Shown piece by piece: positions 20,856 to 31,009 of a stretch of 64,000 nt of DNA; position 1 is the stretch's first letter, and every line of letters begins with the position of its first letter. Under the pieces are notes generated by a model that ran no database searches, was not told the origin of the DNA, and saw only the letters and a list, made by a program, of their open reading frames with translations. Both the position numbers and the translations under genes were made by a program. The DNA is from Ignavibacteria bacterium (GTDB lineage: Bacteria > Bacteroidota > Ignavibacteria > Ch128b): the NCBI GenBank assembly GCA_013177855.1, contig JABLYA010000001.1:1527573-1591572 (forward strand), written 5' to 3'.

Positions 20856-22159
20856 TGCTTTTCACTTTTTGGTTTTGAAATGATAATTGTTCTTGAACTA
20901 CTTGAAAAATATTTTTGAGCGACTCTCTGAATTTCTTGTGGGGTTACCTGAGCATATTTATCTACAACTTTGAAAAGATTATTGTAATCTCCAGTCAATG
21001 TTTCAAAATATCCTAAAGCAAAGGAAAGTGCTTCGTTTGTTTTGAATGAGTCAAAGTATTCAAGGACTTTAGAGTTTTTTGCTTTTTCAATTTCGTTAGC
21101 CGTCACACCTTTTGTTTTGATATCTTCCAAAATTTTTTCAATCTCTGGTAAAAGTTTTTCGAATTCTTTTTCACCTCTTGCCTGAGCATAAATTTTGAAA
21201 AGCCCTGGATCTTCCATTTGATCCTGATATGCGTAAGCTTCAGTTATTAATTTCTTTTCTTCACTTAAAACTTTGTTGAATCTTGAACTTAAACCTTTGC
21301 TTAATATATTAGCTAACAAATCCATTGCATAGAAATCGCTGTCGTTAATCGAGCAAGATTTATATCCTATCATCAAAGATGGCAATTCAACTTCTTGATA
21401 AAGAGTTATTATTTTTTCTCCGCTTTGATCTGGTTCGGTGATTTTTTTATAAGCAGGAATTTTTGCTTTTGGAATTTTTTCAAAATATCTGGCTATTAAT
21501 TTTTTTGCTTGGGCTTTGTTGAAATTGCCGGTTAAAATTAGAACAGAATTGTTAGGCGAATAATAAGTTTTATAAAAATATTTACAATCATCTAAGGTAA
21601 TGTTTTTCAAATCATTCATCCATCCAATAACAGGTTGACGATAAAGGTGAGAGACAAAAGCATTTGCATAAAGTTCTTCTTCCATTTTTTGTTGTGGATT
21701 ATTATCAACACTTAACCTTCTTTCTTCCATTACAATGTATCGTTCTTGTTCAAGATTTTCAGAATCTAGTTTTAATGCTTTCATTCTGTCCGCTTCCATA
21801 TCTAAAATTAGCTCGAGTTTGTCTGAATTAAATTCTTCCCAGTAATTAGTGAAATCATTCCAGGTGCTTCCGTTTGAATAGCCGCCGTTTTCTTCGAGAA
21901 TTTTATCAAACATACCTGGTTTATATTTTGCTGAGCCATTAAACATCATATGTTCAAAAAGGTGTGAAATACCTGTAGTGCCAGGTGACTCATATTTCCC
22001 GCCAACTTTGAAAAAAATTCGAAAACAAATGCTCGGCACTTCATTGTTTGGTGAAAGAATTACTTTCATCCCGTTTTTTAAGTAATAACTTTCAATATCA
22101 AGATTTTGGGCGGATAATTTTAGAGTGATTAGTAATGTTAAAAAGAAAAATTTTTTCAT
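20852..22159 (-). CDS. M16 family zinc peptidase (insulinase/pitrilysin-like), catalytic subunit
   Basis: Inverzincin motif HLFEHMMFNGS (HxxEH); signal peptide. Confidence 0.8.
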   Translation of the reverse strand: MKKFFFLTLLITLKLSAQNLDIESYYLKNGMKVILSPNNEVPSICFRIFFKVGGKYESPGTTGISHLFEHMMFNGSAKYKPGMFDKILEENGGYSNGSTWNDFTNYWEEFNSDKLELILDMEADRMKALKLDSENLEQERYIVMEERRLSVDNNPQQKMEEELYANAFVSHLYRQPVIGWMNDLKNITLDDCKYFYKTYYSPNNSVLILTGNFNKAQAKKLIARYFEKIPKAKIPAYKKITEPDQSGEKIITLYQEVELPSLMIGYKSCSINDSDFYAMDLLANILSKGLSSRFNKVLSEEKKLITEAYAYQDQMEDPGLFKIYAQARGEKEFEKLLPEIEKILEDIKTKGVTANEIEKAKNSKVLEYFDSFKTNEALSFALGYFETLTGDYNNLFKVVDKYAQVTPQEIQRVAQKYFSSSSRTIIISKPKSEKQ

Positions 22160-22178
22160 TGTGATTTTATCCCTGAGT

Positions 22179-22589
22179 TTAATTCTCTTTTTTTGTTTGA
22201 CAGAATTCTGTTAAAACACCATTTACTGATTTTGGATGAATGAAAGCAATTAAAAAATCTTCAGCACCAATTCTTGGTTTTTCGTCAATAAGACTGAAAT
22301 TCAACTCTTTAAGCTCATTTAATTTGTTCTGCAAATCATCAACTTCAAAAGCAATGTGATGTATTCCTTCGCCGCGTTTTTCAATGAATTTTGCAATTGG
22401 ACTATCTGAAGAAGTGGCTTCCAATAATTCAATTTTTGTTTCACCAACTTTTAAAAATGCAGTTCTGACTTTTTGATCTTCCACTTCTTCGATTTTATAA
22501 CAATTCGTCTCCAAAAGTTTTTCAAATAATGGAATTGCCTGCTCAAGATTTCTTACAGCAATTCCTATGTGTTCAATTTTTTTTACCAT
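22179..22589 (-). CDS. Methylmalonyl-CoA epimerase / VOC (glyoxalase) family protein
   Basis: HIGIAV...IELLEA...[21 protein letters not shown]...HPKS..GVLTEF pattern typical of methylmalonyl-CoA epimerases; 136 aa. Confidence 0.65.
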   Translation of the reverse strand: MVKKIEHIGIAVRNLEQAIPLFEKLLETNCYKIEEVEDQKVRTAFLKVGETKIELLEATSSDSPIAKFIEKRGEGIHHIAFEVDDLQNKLNELKELNFSLIDEKPRIGAEDFLIAFIHPKSVNGVLTEFCQTKKEN

Positions 22590-22766
22590 ATGAAACCACC
22601 AGATTTTACATTCAAAATAATATTAAAGGAAAGAAAAAGTAAGAACTATTTAAAGAATTTTATTCAAATCAGTTTTGAGCTCATAAAAAAATCTTGCATT
22701 ATATTTGAATTACTGTGATCTTTCTGGATTATTTAATTTAAATACAACTGCCAATCTTGAGATTTA

Positions 22767-22806
22767 AAACAAAAAACGCCAGTCTTAAAAAATTAAAACT
22801 GGCGTT
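22767..22806 (-). terminator. Candidate rho-independent terminator downstream of fbaB
   Basis: On the minus strand: aacgccagt...actggcgtt hairpin followed by a U-run (plus strand acaaaaaacgccagtcttaaaaaattaaaactggcgtt). Confidence 0.55.
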
Positions 22807-22828
22807 TCGCATTTAAGAACTCAACTAA

Positions 22829-23884
22829 TTATGCAACAGTTACATCTTTGCAGAGATAAACATCTTGAATTGCGTTCAGCAATTTCACACCTTCATTCAT
22901 CGGTTTCTGGAATGCTTTTCTGCCAGAAATCAATCCCATTCCACCAGCTCGCTTGTTAATGACAGCAGTTCTTACGGCTTCAGCAAAATCATTCTCTCCA
23001 GAAGGACCACCAGAATTTATTAATCCAATTCGGCCCATATAGTTATTTACAACTTGATATCTTGTTAAATCAATTGGATGATCACTTGTTAACTGCTCAT
23101 AAACTTTCTTGTGTGTCTTCCCGAATTTTAGAGCGTTATATCCGCCGTTTGTTTCTGGAAGTTTTTGTTTGATAATATCTGCTTCGATTGTTGCACCTAA
23201 ATGATTTGCCTGTCCGGTTAAATCGGCTGCAACATGATAATCTTTGTCACCAACTTTGAAAGCAGAATTTCTCAAATAACACCAGAGAATTGTAACCATT
23301 CCAAGTTCGTGAGCATACTGGAATGCTTGTGAAATTTCCTGAATTTGTCTCTTTGATTCAGCAGAACCAAAATAAATTGTCGCACCAATTGCAACAGCAC
23401 CGAGATCAAAAGCTTGTTTAACTGATGCGAATAAAATTTGGTCGTAAGTATTTGGATAACTCAAAAATTCGTTGTGATTTATTTTAAGTATGAAAGGAAT
23501 TTTATGAGCATATTTTCTTGCAACTGATCCTAATACGCCAAGAGTTGATGCAACAGCATTGCACCCGCCTTCAATAGCGAGCTTTACAATGTTTTCAGGA
23601 TCAAAGTAAATTGGATTTGGGGCAAATGATGCGCCAGCAGAGTGTTCAATTCCCTGATCTACTGGAAGAATTGAGAGGTAACCAGTTCCTGCAAGTCTGC
23701 CAGTATTAAATAAAAGCTGAAGATTTCTTAGAACCTGAGGATTTCTATCGGAAGGAACAAAAATTCTGTCAACAAAATCAGGTCCAGGAAGATGAAGCAT
23801 ATCTTTTGGAACGGTTTTGCATTCATGCTTTAGAAGATAATCTGCTTCATTGCCTAAAAGTTTTACAATTTCATCTATTGTCAT
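22829..23884 (-). CDS. fbaB: Class I fructose-bisphosphate aldolase (FbaB type)
   Basis: Near-colinear with E. coli FbaB-type sequence as recalled: [63 protein letters not shown]. Confidence 0.85.
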   Translation of the reverse strand: MTIDEIVKLLGNEADYLLKHECKTVPKDMLHLPGPDFVDRIFVPSDRNPQVLRNLQLLFNTGRLAGTGYLSILPVDQGIEHSAGASFAPNPIYFDPENIVKLAIEGGCNAVASTLGVLGSVARKYAHKIPFILKINHNEFLSYPNTYDQILFASVKQAFDLGAVAIGATIYFGSAESKRQIQEISQAFQYAHELGMVTILWCYLRNSAFKVGDKDYHVAADLTGQANHLGATIEADIIKQKLPETNGGYNALKFGKTHKKVYEQLTSDHPIDLTRYQVVNNYMGRIGLINSGGPSGENDFAEAVRTAVINKRAGGMGLISGRKAFQKPMNEGVKLLNAIQDVYLCKDVTVA

Positions 23885-24171
23885 TGTTATATCTCCAATT
23901 TTAGTTGTGGTTTAAACAAATATAAAAAAATCGTTCAGGACTTTTATTTTTCATTTGACAAATAAGGAGTAGAAGAAACTGATGACAAAGTCTAAGCTGA
24001 CTGAAAACATTAAAAAATTTAAGTATAACTTGAAACTTTTTTGAGTAAATGGTTTACAAAGAAGATAAAAAATGAAGATTTTATGCATTAATCGCTCTTA
24101 TTTTTTTTTCGTTTTAATCTTAGTAAATTGTTTTGCTTTAATCAATTAAATAAAGAGAATGGTTTACGATA

Positions 24172-24972
24172 GTGCAATCAACTGAGGATCAAAAACTTCA
24201 AGAAAAGCTTAAAAATCGGGGAAATTTGCCAAGACATATCGCCATTATCATGGATGGTAATGGCAGATGGGCTAAAAAAAGAGGATTACCTCGAGTCGCA
24301 GGCCATTCTGAAGGTGTTAAATCTGTCCGTGATGTAGTCGAAGCCTGTGCTGAACTTGGAATTGAATATTTAACACTCTACGCTTTTTCCACTGAAAACT
24401 GGAGAAGGCCCAAAGAAGAAGTTTCAACATTAATGAAATTATTACTAAAAACTTTAAAGACAGAAACCGATGAACTTCATAAGAATAATATTCGATTAAG
24501 AATGATCGGAGATTTTGAAAGTTTACCTGAAGCTGTCCAGAAGCAATTGAAAGAGGCTATCAAAAAGACAGAGAAAAATACAAGATTAAATTTAATTTTA
24601 GCTTTGAGTTACTCAGGAAGATGGGATATACTTCAAGCCACAAAAAAAATTGCTGACGATATATCACATAAAAAAATTAAAAAATCTGAAATCGATGAAA
24701 ATACTTTCAAAAAATATCTTTCAACCGCAGAATTCCCCGAACCAGATTTGTTAATCAGAACAAGCGGAGAGATGAGAGTAAGCAATTTTCTATTATGGGA
24801 AATTGCGTACACCGAACTATATGTAACAGAAACTCTCTGGCCAGATTTTAGGAGAAAAGAACTTTATAAAGCGATTGAAGATTATCAGAAAAGAGAAAGA
24901 AAATTCGGTTTAGTCAGTGAACAGATAAAAGGATATGGAAAAAATGCTCTTCTACTCAGGCAAACAAAATAA
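24172..24972 (+). CDS. uppS: Undecaprenyl diphosphate synthase
   Basis: Hallmark HIAIIMDGNGRWA motif and cis-prenyltransferase C-terminal motifs (RTSGE.R.SNFLLWE). Confidence 0.9.
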   Translation: MQSTEDQKLQEKLKNRGNLPRHIAIIMDGNGRWAKKRGLPRVAGHSEGVKSVRDVVEACAELGIEYLTLYAFSTENWRRPKEEVSTLMKLLLKTLKTETDELHKNNIRLRMIGDFESLPEAVQKQLKEAIKKTEKNTRLNLILALSYSGRWDILQATKKIADDISHKKIKKSEIDENTFKKYLSTAEFPEPDLLIRTSGEMRVSNFLLWEIAYTELYVTETLWPDFRRKELYKAIEDYQKRERKFGLVSEQIKGYGKNALLLRQTK

Positions 24973-27448
24973 AATTCATCTTTTGATTCTTTTCGTTCTA
25001 ATTTGTCTATTATTCAATCAGACATTCGCTCAACAAGTTTTGCCTACCTACAAAATTCTTGGAATTTCGGTCGAGGGGAATGTAACTGCCGATCCGACTG
25101 TTATCATAGCATCGAGCGGACTTAAAATTGGTGATGTAATTCAAGTCCCTGGTGATGCAACAATAAATGCAATAAAAAGAATCCTTGCTCTGAATATTTT
25201 CTCCGATGTTCAACTCATTAAAGAAAGACAAATTGGTGATGGAATTTATATCCTCATCAAAGTACAGGAATTTCCAAGGCTTGAAGATTTCGTTTTTGTT
25301 GGCAATGATGAGATAAGTGAGAAAGATCTAAAGAAAGAAGTCACATTAATAAAAGGACAAACATTAAAACCACAGGATATCAGTAAACTTAAAAGAAATA
25401 TTCTTCGTCTTTACGAAGAAAAGGGAATGTTGAATGCTGAAATTTCTGCATCACTTCTTGAATTTTCGAAAGTTGATACAACTAAGAAGAAACTTTTGAT
25501 TCACTGGATAAACAAGTATGATCCCGAAGATACATACACAACAGAAATTAGTCTGAGCGATAAACCTGATGCAGAAACTATCAAAAGAATTCAAAATCGA
25601 GTTTTATTAAAAATTAAAATCGACGAAGGGAATGTTGTTCTTGTAAAGAAAATTAATTTCTACGGCAATAAGAATTTCTCTAAAAGTAAATTGTTAAGCC
25701 AATTTGATGAGATTGTTGAAAAAAGATGGTGGCGTTTCTGGAAAAAAGAAAAGTTCGATAAAAAGAATTTCGAAAAAGACAAAGAAGCTTTAGTCAAATT
25801 TTATAAAAAGAACGGCTATAAAGATATAACGATATTAAAAGATTCTATTTATACAGACGAAAGCAAAAAAAATCTTTACATTGATATTTATCTTTATGAA
25901 GGCCCCCAGTACAAAGTCAGAAATATACAATGGATTGGAAATACCGTTTTTTCAACCGATGTATTGAACAAAAGACTTGGATTCGAAAAAGGTGATATTT
26001 TCGATTATGAAAAATTTGAAAGAAATCTGAGACAGAATGAACAACAAACCGATGTTTCTTCGCTTTATTTTGATAATGGCTATCTTGGATTTTCTCTTAA
26101 AACTGAAGAAGTAAAAGTTGCAGAAGATTCACTCGATATCATTATCAAAATCGCAGAAAGAAATCAGTTTAAAATTGGTCAGGTAGAAATTAAAGGTAAC
26201 GATAAAACGATGGATAAAGTGATTCGTCGTGAATTGTTTACTAGACCTGGTGATTATTTCAATCGTGCTTTGCTTTTGAGAAGTTTGCAGCAACTCGCAA
26301 ATCTCCAGTATTTTAATCCAGAAAAACTTTATCAAGAAGGACTTGATTATTTCCCTTCGAACGATTCAACAGTCGATATAACTTATAAAGTTGAAGAAAA
26401 ATCCAGTGATTACTTAAATGCTTCGGTAGGTTACAGCGGGAGCTGGGGTTTTAGCGGTGCGGTCGGAATCACATTAACAAACTTTTCGCTTGCTCATCCT
26501 TTTACGCTCGGCGGCGGTCAAGTTCTAAACTTTAACTGGCAATTTGGGATTGGAAATTACTACAGAACCTTTCAGCTCGGTTTCACTGAGCCTTGGTTTA
26601 TGGATACACCTACTTCAATTGGATTCGATGTTTTCGATACAAGACAAATTTATATTTATGAGCTCAGACAATACGGTGGGAGCGTTAGAGTTGGAAGAAG
26701 ACTTTCCTGGCCCGATGATTATTTTATGGTTAATGGAAGTTTTAGATATTATATGAACGATGTTAAAGGCGGCGGTGGTTATTACCGCGAAGGAATGTAT
26801 AAACAATATTCATTGACTTTTGGAATTGGAAGAAAAGATATTGATAACCCAATCTTCCCAAGCACAGGAAGTAATCTCGGAATTGATTTTGATTTATCCG
26901 GTGGTCCATTTCTTCCTGGCGATGTAGATTATTTGAAAGCTGATATTAACCTAGAAGTTTATAGGAGATTATTTGGTACAAATAAAGTTACTCTCTTTTT
27001 AGGAAATTATTACGGCTTTATCTACGAACTTGTGCCAAATACTCCAATTCAACCTTTTGAATATTATTATATGGGTGGGAGCGGTTTAATTATTGCAACT
27101 GAACCTTTGCGAGGTTACGATGACCGTTCAATTGGACCCAAAAATGTTAATGGAAATGTAATTGGCGGTAAAATATTTTCGAGAAATACTTTTGAATTAA
27201 GATTTGCTGTAACTCTTCAACCTATGCCTCTCTATGTTCTTGCTTTTGCAGAGGCTGGAAATGTCTGGAGAGATATGAAAGATGTTAATATATTTGATTT
27301 AAAGAGGAGTGTCGGATTCGGTGCGCGTGTGTTAATAAATCCAATTGGAATGATAGGCTTTGATTTCGGTTATGGATTTGATAGAAAATCAGTAAGTGGT
27401 TACGATCCGCAATGGATCTTCCACTTCCAATTTGGTAGAGGAATGTAA
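24935..27448 (+). CDS. bamA: Outer membrane protein assembly factor BamA
   Basis: Signal peptide, POTRA-like N-terminal repeats, C-terminal beta-barrel with GFDFGYGF and terminal ...FHFQFGRGM; followed by skp paralogs and lpxD. Confidence 0.8.
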   Translation: MEKMLFYSGKQNKIHLLILFVLICLLFNQTFAQQVLPTYKILGISVEGNVTADPTVIIASSGLKIGDVIQVPGDATINAIKRILALNIFSDVQLIKERQIGDGIYILIKVQEFPRLEDFVFVGNDEISEKDLKKEVTLIKGQTLKPQDISKLKRNILRLYEEKGMLNAEISASLLEFSKVDTTKKKLLIHWINKYDPEDTYTTEISLSDKPDAETIKRIQNRVLLKIKIDEGNVVLVKKINFYGNKNFSKSKLLSQFDEIVEKRWWRFWKKEKFDKKNFEKDKEALVKFYKKNGYKDITILKDSIYTDESKKNLYIDIYLYEGPQYKVRNIQWIGNTVFSTDVLNKRLGFEKGDIFDYEKFERNLRQNEQQTDVSSLYFDNGYLGFSLKTEEVKVAEDSLDIIIKIAERNQFKIGQVEIKGNDKTMDKVIRRELFTRPGDYFNRALLLRSLQQLANLQYFNPEKLYQEGLDYFPSNDSTVDITYKVEEKSSDYLNASVGYSGSWGFSGAVGITLTNFSLAHPFTLGGGQVLNFNWQFGIGNYYRTFQLGFTEPWFMDTPTSIGFDVFDTRQIYIYELRQYGGSVRVGRRLSWPDDYFMVNGSFRYYMNDVKGGGGYYREGMYKQYSLTFGIGRKDIDNPIFPSTGSNLGIDFDLSGGPFLPGDVDYLKADINLEVYRRLFGTNKVTLFLGNYYGFIYELVPNTPIQPFEYYYMGGSGLIIATEPLRGYDDRSIGPKNVNGNVIGGKIFSRNTFELRFAVTLQPMPLYVLAFAEAGNVWRDMKDVNIFDLKRSVGFGARVLINPIGMIGFDFGYGFDRKSVSGYDPQWIFHFQFGRGM

Positions 27449-27474
27449 AACAAAAACAAATTAAGAGGTTAAAA

Positions 27475-28008
27475 GTGAAAGCGTTAAAATTAATTTTACC
27501 TTTGATTTTGCTTGTATCAAATTTATTATTTGCACAACAACCAGCAGTTAAAATTGGTGTTGTAGATTCAGAAATAATTTTGAGTCAGCTCCCTGAATAC
27601 AAAAAAGCCCAAGATCAATTAAATGAAATCGTTAAAAAATGGCAGGCCGAACTTGATAGTCTCTCAATCGAATATCAAGAACGCATTGATAATTATCGTA
27701 AACAAGAAGCTCTGATGAGTGATGAAGTTAAGCTGAAAGAACAACAAGAGATAATGAAACTCGAACAGGAAATTTATAATTTCCGTCAAAGAAGATTTGG
27801 ACAACAGGGTGACTTTGCTCAGAAGCAAGAAGAATTACTTACACCAATAAAACAAAACATCATCAAAGCAATTGAGAAAGTTGCTAAAGAAGAAAAAGTT
27901 ACAATTGTTTTCGATAAAGCTGGTGATGTTGTGGTTTTGTATTCAGATCCGTCTTATGATTTAACATTTAAAGTTTTAGATCAATTAAGACGCGGGAAAG
28001 TCAAATAA
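27475..28008 (+). CDS. skp: OmpH/Skp periplasmic chaperone
   Basis: About 170 aa, signal peptide, coiled-coil rich in K/E/Q, conserved position between bamA and lpxD. Confidence 0.7.
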   Translation: MKALKLILPLILLVSNLLFAQQPAVKIGVVDSEIILSQLPEYKKAQDQLNEIVKKWQAELDSLSIEYQERIDNYRKQEALMSDEVKLKEQQEIMKLEQEIYNFRQRRFGQQGDFAQKQEELLTPIKQNIIKAIEKVAKEEKVTIVFDKAGDVVVLYSDPSYDLTFKVLDQLRRGKVK

Positions 28009-28020
28009 TAAGAGGCTTTT

Positions 28021-28524
28021 ATGAAAAAGCTAATCATTCTCTCCGCATTATTTTTTGCTCTTCCAATTTTTGCTCAGGTAAAAATTGGTTATATAAATTC
28101 TGAAGCAATTATGAAAGAACTTCCCGAAGCTCAGGATGCTCAACGAAAACTTGATAATCTGGTTCAAGAATGGCAAGCAGAACTCAGAAAACTTGAATCG
28201 GAATGGAAACAAAAATATGATGCTTACGATCGTGATAAATTAATTATGAGTGATCAAACAAGAGCCGAAAAAGAAAAAGAACTTGTTGATCTTGAAAATA
28301 GAATTATGCAATACCGCGAGCAAAAATTTGGACAAAATGGCGAGCTCTTCCAGAAGCAGGAAGAATTTATGAAACCAATTCAAAACAAAATTTTCAATGC
28401 TCTTGAAAAAATAGCTAAAGAAGAAGGATATGATTTTGTTTTCGATAAGAGCGGTGAAATCCTTCTCCTTTATGCAAATGAAAAATATGATTTAACCAAC
28501 AAGGTCTTACAAGCATTAAAATAA
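28021..28524 (+). CDS. skp: OmpH/Skp periplasmic chaperone (second paralog)
   Basis: Paralogous to the preceding ORF (both have ...QKQEE...PI...I..A.EK.AKEE...VFDK...LY... pattern). Confidence 0.7.
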   Translation: MKKLIILSALFFALPIFAQVKIGYINSEAIMKELPEAQDAQRKLDNLVQEWQAELRKLESEWKQKYDAYDRDKLIMSDQTRAEKEKELVDLENRIMQYREQKFGQNGELFQKQEEFMKPIQNKIFNALEKIAKEEGYDFVFDKSGEILLLYANEKYDLTNKVLQALK

Positions 28525-28528
28525 TTCT

Positions 28529-29575
28529 ATGAATATCACAGTAGAAGAGATTGCCGAGCTTGTTAATGGTGAAGTTGTCGGTAATAAAAATAAAGTGATT
28601 AAAAATGTTGCAAAGATCGAAGAAGCAGGTGAAGACGATCTTACATTTTTATATCAAGATAAATACGAAAAATTTTTAAATCCTGCTTCTTCTTTTGCAA
28701 TACTTGTAAAAAAAGACTTCACCAAAAATTTCCCCGCATTAACTTTAATTAAAGTTGCTGACCCTTATCTTTCTTTCATCAAAGTAATTGAGAAGTATTT
28801 TCTACCAGAAGTAGAATTACCTCCGTTATTTGATAAAAAACCCGAAGAGGTTAGCTTTACTTTTGGAAAAAATTTTAGATGCGGAGAGAATGTTTCTATT
28901 GGAAAGAATTGTAGAATTGGTGATAATGTAACTATTTATTCAAATGTGTCTATTTTGAATGATGTTGAAATTGGTAATGATACAATCATCTATCCAAATG
29001 TAACAATTCGTGAAAGATGCAAAGTTGGCAACAGAAATATTATTCATGCAGGGGTTGTAATTGGCAGTGATGGTTTTGGTTATTACAAAAAACCTGATAA
29101 GACATACAAGAAAATTCCACAGATTGGAATTGTAGTTCTTGAAGATGATGTAGAAGTCGGAGCAAATACTTGCATTGATCGAGCAACAATAGGCGAGACA
29201 AGAATCAAAAAAGGAACAAAGATCGATAACCTTGTTCAAATTGCTCACAATGTAGTTATTGGTGAAAATTGTGCCGTCTCTGGTCAGACTGGATTTGCCG
29301 GAAGCACAAAAGTTGGTAACAATGTAATCATTGCTGGTCAGGTAGGTTTTGCTGATCATATTGAAGTTGAAGATGATGTAGTTGTAATGGCTCAATCGGG
29401 AGTATCTCACAGCTTAAAAAAAGGGAAAGTTTATTTTGGATATCCAGCTATGGAAGTTAGAGAAGCATTTAAATTAAATGCTTTGATTAGAAATCTTCCA
29501 GAGCTGAGCGAAAAATTATTTAAATTGAACAAACGTATCGATGAACTTGAACAAAGACTAAAAGAGAGTAAATAG
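28529..29575 (+). CDS. lpxD: UDP-3-O-(3-hydroxyacyl)glucosamine N-acyltransferase
   Basis: N-terminal LpxD domain (ITVEEIAELVNGEVVG), left-handed beta-helix hexapeptide repeats, C-terminal helix; position after skp. Confidence 0.85.
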   Translation: MNITVEEIAELVNGEVVGNKNKVIKNVAKIEEAGEDDLTFLYQDKYEKFLNPASSFAILVKKDFTKNFPALTLIKVADPYLSFIKVIEKYFLPEVELPPLFDKKPEEVSFTFGKNFRCGENVSIGKNCRIGDNVTIYSNVSILNDVEIGNDTIIYPNVTIRERCKVGNRNIIHAGVVIGSDGFGYYKKPDKTYKKIPQIGIVVLEDDVEVGANTCIDRATIGETRIKKGTKIDNLVQIAHNVVIGENCAVSGQTGFAGSTKVGNNVIIAGQVGFADHIEVEDDVVVMAQSGVSHSLKKGKVYFGYPAMEVREAFKLNALIRNLPELSEKLFKLNKRIDELEQRLKESK

Positions 29576-29585
29576 GAGAAATTTT

Positions 29586-31004
29586 ATGGTTGAACAACAG
29601 CGTACCATTGCAAAACCAGTTACAGTTTCAGGGATTGGTATTCATACTGGTACAGAATGTACAATGACATTTAAACCTGCACCAGAAAATTATGGAATTA
29701 GATTTATTCGCGTAGATCTTGGTGGTAATCCAGAAATTCCTGCAATCGTTGAAAATGTTGTTGATGTTTCAAGAGGAACCACAATCGCTGTTGGGGAAGC
29801 GAAGGTTCATACCGTTGAACATGTTCTTGCTGCAGTTTATGGATTGAAAATTGACAACTTAAAAATTGAACTTGATGGAATTGAACCGCCAATTGGTGAT
29901 GGAAGTGCAAAACTTTATGTTGACGCACTTCTTGAAGCTGGTATTGTGGAACAGGAAGCGCCTAAAGATTATTTAGTAATTGATCAAACAGTTATGTATC
30001 ACGACGAAGAAAGAGGAATTGATATAGTTGCACTTCCTCTTGATGACTTTAGAATTACAATAATGATTGATTACAACAATCCTGCTCTCGGAAGTCAGCA
30101 TTCAAGTTTATTTAGCCTTGAAAAAGAATTTATTACAGAGTATTCCACTGCAAGAACATTTTGCTTTTTAAGCGAAGTTGAACAACTCGTTAATCAAAAT
30201 TTAATAAAAGGCGGAGATATTGATAACGCTGTTGTAATTGTTGACAGAAAACTTGATGAAAAAGAATTAAACAATTTAGCTCAAAAGTTAAATATCAAAC
30301 ATCCTTTGTTCATTGGTGAAAATGGAATTCTAAATAACGAGACTCTCCGATTCAAAAATGAACCTGCGCGTCACAAAGTTTTAGATTTGATTGGTGATCT
30401 TGCATTAATTGGTGTCCCGCTTAAAGCACAAATTTTAGCAGCTCGCCCTGGTCATAGAGCAAATGTTGAATTTGCTCGAATGATTAGAAAACTTTATCAG
30501 CAGAAAAAACTTGAGAAGAAATATCAATTTATTAAAAAGGAAGGCGTTGTATTTGATGCAAATGCAATTCTCAGAATCCTTCCCCATCGTTATCCTTTTG
30601 TGCTTGTCGATAAGATCGTTGATTTGAAAATGGGAGAAAGAGTCGTTGGTATTAAAAATGTAACTATCAACGAACCATATTTTCAGGGACATTTCCCGGG
30701 ACAAATGGTTATGCCCGGCGTCTTGATTATTGAAGCTCTTGCCCAAACAAGTGGAATTTTGCTCCTTAATTCTATCCCTGATTTTGAAAATAGTTTAGTT
30801 TACTTTATGGCTATTAACAATGCAAAATTTAGAAAACCAGTTGTTCCAGGTGATCAGTTAGTTTTAGAAGTTGAACTTGTAAATTCAAGAAGCAAAACAT
30901 TCACAATGAAGGGAAGAGCCATCGTTGATGGAAATCTTGCCGCCGAAGCTGAATTTATGGCTGCAGTTGTTCCAAAAGAAGAAAGTCAAAAATCACAGAA
31001 ATAA
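29586..31004 (+). CDS. lpxC/fabZ: Bifunctional UDP-3-O-acyl-GlcNAc deacetylase / 3-hydroxyacyl-ACP dehydratase (LpxC-FabZ fusion)
   Basis: N-terminal LpxC (QRTIAKPVTVSGIGIHTG, HTVEHVLAA) fused to C-terminal FabZ hot-dog domain (LPHRYPFVLVDKIVD...GHFPGQMVMPGVLIIEALAQ). Confidence 0.85.
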   Translation: MVEQQRTIAKPVTVSGIGIHTGTECTMTFKPAPENYGIRFIRVDLGGNPEIPAIVENVVDVSRGTTIAVGEAKVHTVEHVLAAVYGLKIDNLKIELDGIEPPIGDGSAKLYVDALLEAGIVEQEAPKDYLVIDQTVMYHDEERGIDIVALPLDDFRITIMIDYNNPALGSQHSSLFSLEKEFITEYSTARTFCFLSEVEQLVNQNLIKGGDIDNAVVIVDRKLDEKELNNLAQKLNIKHPLFIGENGILNNETLRFKNEPARHKVLDLIGDLALIGVPLKAQILAARPGHRANVEFARMIRKLYQQKKLEKKYQFIKKEGVVFDANAILRILPHRYPFVLVDKIVDLKMGERVVGIKNVTINEPYFQGHFPGQMVMPGVLIIEALAQTSGILLLNSIPDFENSLVYFMAINNAKFRKPVVPGDQLVLEVELVNSRSKTFTMKGRAIVDGNLAAEAEFMAAVVPKEESQKSQK

Positions 31005-31009
31005 GACTT

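Noticed and set aside
23885-24171. Tiny 20-codon ORF (MTKSKLTENIKKFKYNLKLF) with aaggag RBS in the fbaB-uppS divergent intergenic region
   Set aside because: Too short to support without conservation or expression data; could be a chance ORF in A/T-rich DNA.
28940-29410. 156-aa minus-strand ORF
   Set aside because: Lies antisense within lpxD hexapeptide-repeat coding sequence; Ile/Asn-rich low-complexity translation.
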